The notes below the pieces were generated by a model, which worked only from the letters and a program-made list of their open reading frames with translations, was not told where the DNA came from and did no database searches. From NCBI GenBank assembly GCA_045541055.1, contig JAZQIL010000183.1, positions 4,878 to 68,877 of the forward strand: a stretch of DNA of 64,000 nt, given 5' to 3'. The position numbers and the translations under genes are program-made. Numbering within the stretch: position 1 is the stretch's first letter; each line of letters opens with the position of its first letter. Source of the stretch: Oscillospiraceae bacterium. GTDB taxonomy: Bacteria; Bacillota; Clostridia; Oscillospirales; Ruminococcaceae. Of the stretch, positions 32,312 through 42,325 are shown piece after piece.

Positions 32312-33082
32312 ATGAAAAAATTAACATTGGTAACTGCTCTTACAACAGCAGTAGTGTGCTTGTCTGCTTCTGTTACTGTTTTCGCAGTCGGATATGGTGT
32401 TTATCCTGATGACGGTTATACAGTAGAAACGGAAACTTTCAAGTATTGGACTGAAAATGACACAACATATGGAAATTATGGAATGAGATTGGAAACCCTT
32501 GACAACTCAATAGATTTCAAAACTTCTGATGTCGTGACAGAAGGGGTTTATTATATGGTAGCTGGTGTTTTCTATCAAAATGATATGCCGTATTCTTATG
32601 TGTTGTCTCCTATCAATACAACATGGACTGACAGAACAGATGTTTTACATGAATATATTGTACCTTTCCTGAAAGAAAATCAAATATTACAGCTTGGAGA
32701 TATTCTCCGTGCACCTCTCGCTGCTTTGGAAAGTGATGAGCTAATCTTGAGTACTGATGCTGATGTAGAATTTGCCGGAAATGGTGTAGATTTCTTTGGT
32801 GATGAATTTATAAAAGTGATTCGCCATGAGTTAATCACAAAATCTAATTTCGGAACACTAACTCCAAATATGACCGGAATAACTACGATAAAAGGCGATG
32901 CTACCGAAGACGAAGACGTTAATATCGTAGATGTCATTGCTGTCAACAAGAATGTCCTCGGCAAAGAAAAAATGTCCGCTTATGCACAGTATGTCTCTGA
33001 TGTCAACCAGAACGGCACAGTAGATTCTGGTGACTCTCTCGAAATTCTCAAATATGTTGTCGGTCTGAATGAAACCCTTTAA
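32312..33082 (+). CDS. Small secreted dockerin protein of unknown function
   Basis: Signal peptide MKKLTLVTALTTAVVCLSASVTVFA, then an N-domain of about 170 aa with no motif I recognise. Dockerin: GDATEDEDVNIVDVIAVNKNVLGKEKM...VNQNGTVDSGDSLEILKYVVGLNETL. Confidence 0.8.
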   Translation: MKKLTLVTALTTAVVCLSASVTVFAVGYGVYPDDGYTVETETFKYWTENDTTYGNYGMRLETLDNSIDFKTSDVVTEGVYYMVAGVFYQNDMPYSYVLSPINTTWTDRTDVLHEYIVPFLKENQILQLGDILRAPLAALESDELILSTDADVEFAGNGVDFFGDEFIKVIRHELITKSNFGTLTPNMTGITTIKGDATEDEDVNIVDVIAVNKNVLGKEKMSAYAQYVSDVNQNGTVDSGDSLEILKYVVGLNETL

Positions 33083-33098
33083 AATAATTCCATAACAT

Positions 33099-33126
33099 AT
33101 CCCCTGTTCCGGCAGGGGATTTTTTG
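33099..33126 (+). terminator. Intrinsic terminator
   Basis: ATCCCCTG/CAGGGGAT hairpin followed by TTTTT. Confidence 0.65.
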
Positions 33127-33178
33127 TATTTTTTCCTTTTTTCAGGAGATACTACTCAGGAAGAAAGGAGTGCTGTAC

Positions 33179-33859
33179 ATGACCATTGTGTTAATTCGTT
33201 CATTTATTTTGTATCTGGTTGTGATGTTTTCTATCCGGCTTATGGGAAAACGTCAGCTCGGTGAACTCCAGCCCGCTGAACTCGTTGTGACAATTTTAAT
33301 TTCTAATATTGCAACGCTCGCCCTTGAAGATATTGAAATCCCCCTGCTTCATGGCATTCTGCCGATTTTAGCCTTAGTCTGCTATGAAGTTATCGCTTCT
33401 TGGATTTCTTTAAAATCTGTCAAGTTCAGAAGATGGATTTCCGGCAGTCCGAAAATTATCATTCAAAACGGCATTATCGACCAGAATATGATGAAAATTT
33501 TAAGATTCTCTGTCGATGATTTAATGACCGCTTTAAGAATGAGCGGTGTATTTTTTATTGAAGATGTGCAATTTGCTGTTGTCGAAACAAATGGCAGTGT
33601 TTCCGTTTATCAGAAATCTGCTGTCCAGCCTGCCGAAAAACAGGATTTAAATGCTGTTCAGCCCTGCAATGACCCTCCTCAGACTGTCATTGCTGACGGT
33701 AAATTAAGAGAACCTGTGCTTTCTGCACTTGGTCTTGACAGACAATGGCTGGATACTGTTTTGCAACAGAAACAGTTAAATATTAAAGATATTTTTATCC
33801 TCACTGCGGATACTTCCCGTCAGTATCAGCTTATCCCAAAAGGGGTGAATGCTTCATGA
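33179..33859 (+). CDS. DUF421 (YetF-like) membrane protein
   Basis: The N-terminus IVLIRSFILYLVVMFSIRLMGKRQLGELQPAELVVTILI is characteristic of DUF421/YetF proteins. ATG at 33179 lies 9 nt after AGGAG. Confidence 0.75.
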   Translation: MTIVLIRSFILYLVVMFSIRLMGKRQLGELQPAELVVTILISNIATLALEDIEIPLLHGILPILALVCYEVIASWISLKSVKFRRWISGSPKIIIQNGIIDQNMMKILRFSVDDLMTALRMSGVFFIEDVQFAVVETNGSVSVYQKSAVQPAEKQDLNAVQPCNDPPQTVIADGKLREPVLSALGLDRQWLDTVLQQKQLNIKDIFILTADTSRQYQLIPKGVNAS

Positions 33860-34233
33860 ACCGCTGTAAAATCAGTATTTTTGTGCTGTTAAGCTTAATT
33901 TTCATCTGTATTTTTTCGCTGTTTGAACTGCATCAGCAGTGTGAAAATTATTTATCTCTGACAGAACAAGTTTCACAAGCCTTTGAAAGCGGTGATACGC
34001 TTCAAGCCTTATCCGCCTTTGACGAACTGGAACGGAATTGGAAACCCTATCACGATATTGCAGGAATTTTCGTCAATGGCAGTGAATTGGATTCCATTCG
34101 GGAAATCATGTCCGGTATGCGCCCCATGATAGAACAGCATCACCCTGAAACCATTTCCGAACTGCTGAAAATGAAAAATTTCATTCTTTCCGTCTATGAA
34201 GAAGAACTCCCTGAATTATGGCATATTCTGTAA
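33856..34233 (+). CDS. DUF4363-like small membrane protein
   Basis: 125 aa with an N-terminal TM helix and an ATGA start/stop overlap with the DUF421 gene. The DUF421-DUF4363 pairing is recalled from other Clostridia. Confidence 0.5.
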   Translation: MNRCKISIFVLLSLIFICIFSLFELHQQCENYLSLTEQVSQAFESGDTLQALSAFDELERNWKPYHDIAGIFVNGSELDSIREIMSGMRPMIEQHHPETISELLKMKNFILSVYEEELPELWHIL

Positions 34234-34259
34234 AAAAATCACCCCTTTTTCAGGGGTGA
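34232..34259 (-). terminator. Intrinsic terminator after the HD-domain gene
   Basis: TCACCCCT/AGGGGTGA hairpin with a U-run on the minus strand. Confidence 0.6.
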
Positions 34260-34266
34260 ACAAAAT

Positions 34267-34815
34267 TTAAGCATATACCGGTTCAAATTCCAGTTCCGGA
34301 ATTTCTCTGTGAATTCTGCCTTCCAGCATATGAATCACTTTCTCTAATGAGTAAAAATGCCAGATTTCGCTTGCTGCACAACATTTATCAGCAATTGTAA
34401 TAATATAACTTTCCCGATATTTCGGCAACGGAAAACATAATGGAAACATATGCTTCCGAATAATATCACGTTCAATTTGATTCAGTTCAAATTCTTGTTC
34501 AGCGTTTTTTAAAGCAACTATCGGGTGCATGAGCGTGTGAAATTTACAAGCCGTTTTCTTATCATGCCAGTCATACAGAAAAAAATCATGCAATAAGCAC
34601 CCACGCACCAAACTTTTTTTATCAATTTTTTTTATATGTAATACTTCTGCGACTTTTAACGCCATATAAGCCACACAAATAGAATGCGTGAAACAGTCTG
34701 TTGTACCGTGCTGCATAAAGTTCCGTTCTGCCTGCATATTAGAAGAACGAAGAATATCTGCACCGTATTTCAGTACCTGTTCTGCTAATGTTTTATCTGC
34801 CTTAATATACCACAT
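34267..34815 (-). CDS. HD-domain phosphohydrolase
   Basis: H...HSICVAYMA...LLHDFFLYDWHD motifs. Start set at the ATG at 34815; the ORF-track start at 34839 is a TTG with no RBS. Confidence 0.7.
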   Translation of the reverse strand: MWYIKADKTLAEQVLKYGADILRSSNMQAERNFMQHGTTDCFTHSICVAYMALKVAEVLHIKKIDKKSLVRGCLLHDFFLYDWHDKKTACKFHTLMHPIVALKNAEQEFELNQIERDIIRKHMFPLCFPLPKYRESYIITIADKCCAASEIWHFYSLEKVIHMLEGRIHREIPELEFEPVYA

Positions 34816-34881
34816 GCCCTTATATCCTTTCTTTTTCAAGGTTCATTTCTGACTATATTATACACCCATCTATTAAATTTG

Positions 34882-36087
34882 TCAAGTTTGTGTTTCAGGG
34901 GTTTCTGGCATTTCCTCCGGTTCTTCCGGAAGCGGTTCAGGAAGCTGTGCTAATTTCCGTTCCTGCTTTTTCTTCTGAAGCCATGGCAAAAGCCGTTCTC
35001 CGTAAAGCATATCCGCCACAGCCACAACCGGAATTGCTAACAAAATTCCTAATATGCCAAACATTTTACCGCCTAATATAATCGATACCAGCGTCAGCAC
35101 AGGTGACAACCCCAGCGAATTACTAAACAGTTTCGGCTTAATCACATAACCGTCCATCGCTTGCAGTATCACTGTGAAAATTAAAAAATACAATGCATGT
35201 ACCGGATTCGTTAAAAGCAGAAACACTGCTCCTAATGCACCACCGATTAAAGGGCCAAATGTCGGAATTAAATTCGTAATGCCTACTATTAAAGAAATTA
35301 AAGTAATATTCTGCATCCCCACAATTGCCATGAAAACTGCATTCGATACACCAATAATACATGCATCTAACAGACTGCACCCAATATATTGAATGAAAAT
35401 ACTATTACACCGACTCCAGAATTTATTCCCTGCTTCAATCCTTTCTTCATCTATTACGGCATTTCGCAAACGACAAAAAGCATTTTTTAAATTCTTCTTT
35501 GCCATCAGGAAATAAACCGCTAATACAAAACCAATTACAATATTAAAAAAAGATGACCCAATGTCTCCGATTTTCCCCATTAAAGAAGTTAATATATTTT
35601 TTAACCCAGTAAATACTGACCCGATTAACTGGTCAATATAGGCTGAAATCTGTGACTGTTCAATCTGTATTCCCTGCTTCATCAAGAATGCATTGACATT
35701 CTTGATTAAATTCAATACATTCTTATAATATACATCATAATTTGCTACAATTCCGGTAATACTTCCCGTAATTGCCGGTACAACCATCAAAATTAAAAGC
35801 GTCAGCAATAAAATTACACAGCCTACTGTCAATATCACAGAACATGCATGACTGCTTTCTGCTTTTTTAATTTTTTTAAAAATCGTCCGCTCAAAATAAT
35901 TCGCAACCGGATTCATCAGGTAGCAGACAATCAGTCCAATCATAATCGGTGAAAAAATTGTCCATAATCCTCCCACCCATTTGAAGAAAATCCCAATATT
36001 GGCTAATATCATATATAATACTACTGCTGAACAAGTTGCTATCGTATAAGCTGCCCATTTCTGCTTGAACAATTCTTTTAATTTCAT
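34882..36087 (-). CDS. AI-2E family transporter (UPF0118/PerM-like)
   Basis: Polytopic membrane protein containing NLIPTFGPLIGGALGAVFLL...ILQAMDGYVIKPKLFSNSLGLSPVLTLVSII. Confidence 0.8.
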   Translation of the reverse strand: MKLKELFKQKWAAYTIATCSAVVLYMILANIGIFFKWVGGLWTIFSPIMIGLIVCYLMNPVANYFERTIFKKIKKAESSHACSVILTVGCVILLLTLLILMVVPAITGSITGIVANYDVYYKNVLNLIKNVNAFLMKQGIQIEQSQISAYIDQLIGSVFTGLKNILTSLMGKIGDIGSSFFNIVIGFVLAVYFLMAKKNLKNAFCRLRNAVIDEERIEAGNKFWSRCNSIFIQYIGCSLLDACIIGVSNAVFMAIVGMQNITLISLIVGITNLIPTFGPLIGGALGAVFLLLTNPVHALYFLIFTVILQAMDGYVIKPKLFSNSLGLSPVLTLVSIILGGKMFGILGILLAIPVVAVADMLYGERLLPWLQKKKQERKLAQLPEPLPEEPEEMPETPETQT

Positions 36088-36159
36088 AAAATACCTTCTT
36101 TACAGAATTATTTCAAGTGTATTATATCATAGAATCTTTTCTCTGTCAAGTGCTGAAAT

Positions 36160-36192
36160 CAAAAACGTCCTGACAGAAATTCTATCAGGACG
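36160..36192 (-). terminator. Intrinsic terminator after groEL
   Basis: CGTCCTGA/TCAGGACG hairpin with a U-run on the minus strand. Confidence 0.65.
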
Positions 36193-36220
36193 CTGAATTC
36201 TTTTTCTAAACAGAGCAGAA

Positions 36221-37864
<1,644 letters not shown>

Positions 37865-37874
37865 TTAAACTCAA

Positions 37875-38165
<291 letters not shown>

Positions 38166-38185
38166 TCATTTCCTCCTTTAGGATT

Positions 38186-38212
38186 TTAGCACTCTCTGTC
38201 TTTGAGTGCTAA
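38186..38212 (-). promoter_or_regulatory. CIRCE operator (HrcA binding site)
   Basis: Exact match to the consensus TTAGCACTC-N9-GAGTGCTAA, 24 nt upstream of groES. Confidence 0.9.
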
Positions 38213-38216
38213 TTCT

Positions 38217-38244
38217 ATTTTATCAGCTTTCTGAAAAAAATCAA
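38217..38244 (-). promoter_or_regulatory. Sigma-A-type promoter of groES-groEL
   Basis: On the minus strand, TTGATT (38244-38239), 16-nt spacer, TAAAAT (38222-38217), directly upstream of CIRCE. Confidence 0.5.
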
Positions 38245-38495
38245 GTCTATTTTGAAAATTTCTCAAAAAATCAGCTTTCTGCACAATTTTGTTGATAATT
38301 TTAATACAATCATCACAAAATTTTACAAAGCGTTGCTTTTCTGTTTCGCCTGATTTTTACGATTTATTCACAATTTATTCACATTGTGTTCATATAATAA
38401 ATGCATAAATCATGTATAATTATTATGAGAGATTTTCTTATTTTTTAAATTTCTGAATTTTTACGTGAATCATCAAACAAAGGAGTGTGTGCTTT

Positions 38496-39194
38496 ATGGC
38501 TCTAGAAAAAGTATTAGTCGTAGATGACGACCAGAATATTTGTGACCTGTTAAGAATGTACCTCGAAAAAGAAGGGTATAGTGTTATTATCTCAAATGAC
38601 GGAAAAGAAGCTGTCGTGAAATTTAATGCACTTAATCCGGATATTGTGCTTTTAGATGTGATGCTTCCCTCTATGGACGGCCGTGGCGTTTGCCGTGAAA
38701 TCCGTAAAAGTTCCAATGTTCCGATTATTATGATTTCCGCCAAAAATGAAACGTTTGATAAAGTGCTTGGTCTGGAACTCGGCGCAGATGATTACATTTC
38801 CAAGCCGTTCGATGCAAAGGAAGTTATCGCCAGAATTAAAGCCGTTGCCAGACGTATGGGCGGTGGCACTGTTGAACCGGAAACCAAAGAAGTCCGCTAT
38901 GATAAACTGGTTGTCAATATGACACGCTATGAACTTCGGGTGAATGACAAAGTACTGGATACCCCTCCTAAAGAACTGGAATTATTATTCTATTTAGCAT
39001 CTAATCCCAATCATGTTTATACCCGTGACCAGCTTCTGGACGAAGTCTGGGGCTTTGAATACTACGGTGACTCCAGAACCATTGATGTGCATATTAAAAG
39101 ACTGCGTGAAAAACTTGCTGATGTCTCCCCGCACTGGGCTTTAAAAACTGTCTGGGGGGTCGGCTACAAATTTGAAGCAGATGAAGAATCTTAA
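38496..39194 (+). CDS. OmpR-family response regulator
   Basis: Receiver domain (VLVVDDD...DIVLLDVMLP...ISAK) plus a winged-helix output (RTIDVHIKRLREKL...VWGVGYKF). ATG at 38496 after AGGAG. Confidence 0.9.
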   Translation: MALEKVLVVDDDQNICDLLRMYLEKEGYSVIISNDGKEAVVKFNALNPDIVLLDVMLPSMDGRGVCREIRKSSNVPIIMISAKNETFDKVLGLELGADDYISKPFDAKEVIARIKAVARRMGGGTVEPETKEVRYDKLVVNMTRYELRVNDKVLDTPPKELELLFYLASNPNHVYTRDQLLDEVWGFEYYGDSRTIDVHIKRLREKLADVSPHWALKTVWGVGYKFEADEES

Positions 39195-39196
39195 TC

Positions 39197-40642
39197 ATGA
39201 AACTGTTTAAAAAACAAAAAAACAGTGCAATTTCTCAAAGTTATCTGAAATTATCCGGCGGATTGCTCCTGTTTGGAATTCTTCTGACAGGTGTGATTAT
39301 GATATGCAGTGCTGTCGCTTCTTATCGTGAAACGATTCAAACTGTAATCCGCCAGAATTGTGATGCACTTGTTTCTAATATCAAAGAAAATTATCATCTT
39401 CCAGATGATATTTCCAATACAGGAATCCGCCGTCTTGTCCGAAATGCAGAAATAGAATATGGTTATCATATCTTTATGTATGATGAATCCGGAAAAGAAC
39501 TTTACCCTGGAGAAAGTCACGAAAATAATATTTTAACCCCGACTGTGCGTTCCCACATTTCCAGAGATGATTTTATTCAAATCGGCTATTATACATCAGA
39601 TGCCACAGAAGCGCAAATCTGTTGTGCAATCCGTTTTTATCTCGAAGACAAAGACGGCAATGTTTCGCAGTATTATTTAGCTTCTGTCAGCAATGCCGGA
39701 ATGGTACAGGAATACAGCTTTATGCTGACAAGAAATTTAATTCTTTGTCTGCTGGCTGTGACAATTATTTTCATGGTTATCTTTCATCTGGGTGCAGGCC
39801 GTCTTGACAATCAGCTGGACGAAATTACAAAAGTTGCCAATCAGTACGCAGAGGGAGAATTTTCTGCCCGTGTCAATCTTCCTGAACAGGCGAATTTATA
39901 CCCCTTAGGCCATACCCTCAACCGCATGGCCGAATTTATTGAACAAAATGAAACCTCCAGACGAAATTTCGTTGCAAATGTTTCACATGAACTCCGTACT
40001 CCTATGACCACAATCGCTGGCTTTGCTGATGGTATCCTTGACGGCACGATTCCCCCTCAGCAACATAAAAAATATTTAAAAATTATCACAGAAGAAATTC
40101 ATCGTCTTAAAACGCTTGTACAGTCTATGCTGAATTTAACCAAATTTGAAGCCGGTGAAATGCAGATTCATCTCGCTGAAATTGATATTGCACAGCTGTT
40201 AATCCGGACTGTTCTCATGTTTGAAAAACGCATTACAGATAAAAAAGTAGATGTCGAAGGTCTGGAAGATATTTCTTTAACCGTCCGTGCAGATGAAGAT
40301 TTAATGTTTCAAGTGTTGTATAACTTAATTGAAAACGCTGTCAAATTCGTGAATCAGGGCGGTGTTATCAGTTTTCAGCTTTATACAGAAGACGATACCG
40401 CACATATTTGTATTAAAAATACTGGTGAAGGTCTGGCAAATGATGAACTTCCAAGAATTTTTGACCGCTTCTATAAAACAGATGCTTCCCGCAGTCAGGA
40501 TAAAACCGGTCTTGGCTTAGGCCTTTCCATTTCAAGAAAAATTGTGCATCTGCATCAGGGACATATTGTCGTGAAAAGCGTCAAAGGTGAATATACTTCT
40601 TTTGAAGTGCAGATTCCTGTTGCACTCAGCAATGAAACTTAA
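39197..40642 (+). CDS. Sensor histidine kinase (TM, HAMP, HisKA, HATPase_c)
   Basis: H-box FVANVSHELRTPMTTIAGF, N-box NLIENAVKF and G-boxes KNTGEG...GLGLGLSI. There are two TM segments flanking an extracytoplasmic region of about 130 aa. Confidence 0.9.
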   Translation: MKLFKKQKNSAISQSYLKLSGGLLLFGILLTGVIMICSAVASYRETIQTVIRQNCDALVSNIKENYHLPDDISNTGIRRLVRNAEIEYGYHIFMYDESGKELYPGESHENNILTPTVRSHISRDDFIQIGYYTSDATEAQICCAIRFYLEDKDGNVSQYYLASVSNAGMVQEYSFMLTRNLILCLLAVTIIFMVIFHLGAGRLDNQLDEITKVANQYAEGEFSARVNLPEQANLYPLGHTLNRMAEFIEQNETSRRNFVANVSHELRTPMTTIAGFADGILDGTIPPQQHKKYLKIITEEIHRLKTLVQSMLNLTKFEAGEMQIHLAEIDIAQLLIRTVLMFEKRITDKKVDVEGLEDISLTVRADEDLMFQVLYNLIENAVKFVNQGGVISFQLYTEDDTAHICIKNTGEGLANDELPRIFDRFYKTDASRSQDKTGLGLGLSISRKIVHLHQGHIVVKSVKGEYTSFEVQIPVALSNET

Positions 40643-40651
40643 GGTGATTTT

Positions 40652-42115
40652 ATGGAAGAAAATAACTTCAATCCGCATCCGCCCTCTGAACCGGAAATTC
40701 CAGAAACTTCTGAAATTCCGAAAATTCCGTCTTTTTCCAATCAGGAACAGCCTCATTATTCTGCTCCGCCTCCTCCGGTGTATCCGCAGAATTATCCTCC
40801 GCCTTACTACGGAAATCAAAATTATACAAGCTATCCTCCGAATTATCCTCAATATCAGAATCAATATCCGATGTATTACCAGATTTCTCCCTATCCGCCA
40901 AATTATATGCCCCCACCTCCGCAGAAAACAGCTCCGCCACCTCCACCGGCTGAACCAATCCCCATGAACCGGAAAATTTTTACCATGTGCGGTGTGATGG
41001 CTGCAATGATTTTTCTGCTTTGCATGTACTGTATTATTTCAGATGTCATGCACGGCGCACTTTCAGGCACTTCAGGTGATATTTCTCCTACAGTTGTTTT
41101 ACAGATGCAGGAAAAGCCTGACCTTGACCCCGATGATGAAAACGTCACCGCTGACGGAGAATATACCGTTCACGGCGTGGCAGAACTTGTAAAACCTTCT
41201 ATTGTAGAAGTTCTTGTATATGATGAAGCCCATTCCCTCAACGGCAAAGGCTCAGGCATTATTGCTTCAGAAGACGGCTATATCATTACAAATGCACACG
41301 TTGTACAGGGCAATGATTTTTCCGTTATGCTAGACGATGAAACAGAATATACTGCACAGCTCATTGGCAGTGACAACAAAACAGATTTAGCTATCTTAAA
41401 AATCAATGCTTCTGGTCTGACACCGGCTGTACTGGGCGATTCTGATAAAACTTATGTCGGTGAAACGGTTATTGCAATCGGCAATCCGGCAGGGCTTACC
41501 AATTCCGTGACACAAGGCATTGTTTCCGCTGTAAATCGTCAGATTCGTGCGCAAAGCAGCAGCTTTCGCATGGAGTGCATTCAGACAGATGCTGCTATCA
41601 GCCCCGGAAATTCCGGCGGAGCTTTAGTCAATATGTATGGTCAAGTCATTGGCATTACTTCTTCTAAATACGCTTCTCAGTATGAAGCTACTTATGAAGG
41701 CCTTGGCTTTGCCATTACCACCAAGCAGGCTCTCCCCATTATTCAGGACTTAATTAAAAACGGCTATGTTTCTGGCCGTTACAGAATCGGTATCGTCTTT
41801 ATGCCGTCTGCTTACGCTGGAGAACAATTCCAGAATACCTTCCATGAAGAAATTCCGGAAGAACTGAAAAATGCACTCTGGATTACAGAAATCAGCCCTG
41901 ACTGTGATATTTCCAATACTGACCTGAAAGCAAATGATTTCATTTTATCCATGAACGACCATTCCGTTTCTGATTATGACAGCGTACTGGATGCGCTTGA
42001 AGGTTGCCAAGGCGGTGACACTGTTACAGCTCACTGCGCACGCTATGAAAAAGGCAAAATCGTTTATTTTGATATTACCTTCAAACTGGAAGAAGACACT
42101 TCCGGAAATTATTGA
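40652..42115 (+). CDS. HtrA/DegP-family (S1C) serine protease with a Pro/Tyr-rich N-terminal region, a TM anchor and a PDZ-like C-terminus
   Basis: Catalytic motifs ITNAHVV, TDLAILKI and GNSGGALVN. The N-terminal ~95 aa are rich in PPxY/NYP repeats. Confidence 0.85.
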   Translation: MEENNFNPHPPSEPEIPETSEIPKIPSFSNQEQPHYSAPPPPVYPQNYPPPYYGNQNYTSYPPNYPQYQNQYPMYYQISPYPPNYMPPPPQKTAPPPPPAEPIPMNRKIFTMCGVMAAMIFLLCMYCIISDVMHGALSGTSGDISPTVVLQMQEKPDLDPDDENVTADGEYTVHGVAELVKPSIVEVLVYDEAHSLNGKGSGIIASEDGYIITNAHVVQGNDFSVMLDDETEYTAQLIGSDNKTDLAILKINASGLTPAVLGDSDKTYVGETVIAIGNPAGLTNSVTQGIVSAVNRQIRAQSSSFRMECIQTDAAISPGNSGGALVNMYGQVIGITSSKYASQYEATYEGLGFAITTKQALPIIQDLIKNGYVSGRYRIGIVFMPSAYAGEQFQNTFHEEIPEELKNALWITEISPDCDISNTDLKANDFILSMNDHSVSDYDSVLDALEGCQGGDTVTAHCARYEKGKIVYFDITFKLEEDTSGNY

Positions 42116-42201
42116 TTCGTTTTTATCCCTGTATTTCGGTACAGGGATTGTTGTTTTCTACAAAAAATGCAATATTTTTTATAAAAAAATTTCCGTTTTT
42201 A

Positions 42202-42230
42202 TTGACTTTTTTCAAAAAAAGAAGTATAAT
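42202..42230 (+). promoter_or_regulatory. Sigma-A-type promoter of the GGDEF-EAL gene
   Basis: TTGACT (42202-42207), 17-nt spacer, TATAAT (42225-42230). This leaves a leader of about 90 nt. Confidence 0.55.
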
Positions 42231-42325
42231 AAAACTATAAGCTCTGCGATTCAATGCGGCTGAATGCACTGCTGTGTTTAAGTTCAGATAATGGGAGGTA
42301 ATCACTGCGCCGCCGGTGTATTTTT

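Noticed and set aside
40532-41148. ORFs 40532-40864, 40587-40967, 40668-40958 and 40903-41148 around the HK/HtrA junction.
   Set aside because: They overlap the well-supported HK 3' end and the Pro/Tyr-rich start of the HtrA-like gene. Their arginine-rich or low-complexity translations are typical of off-frame reading of proline-rich sequence.
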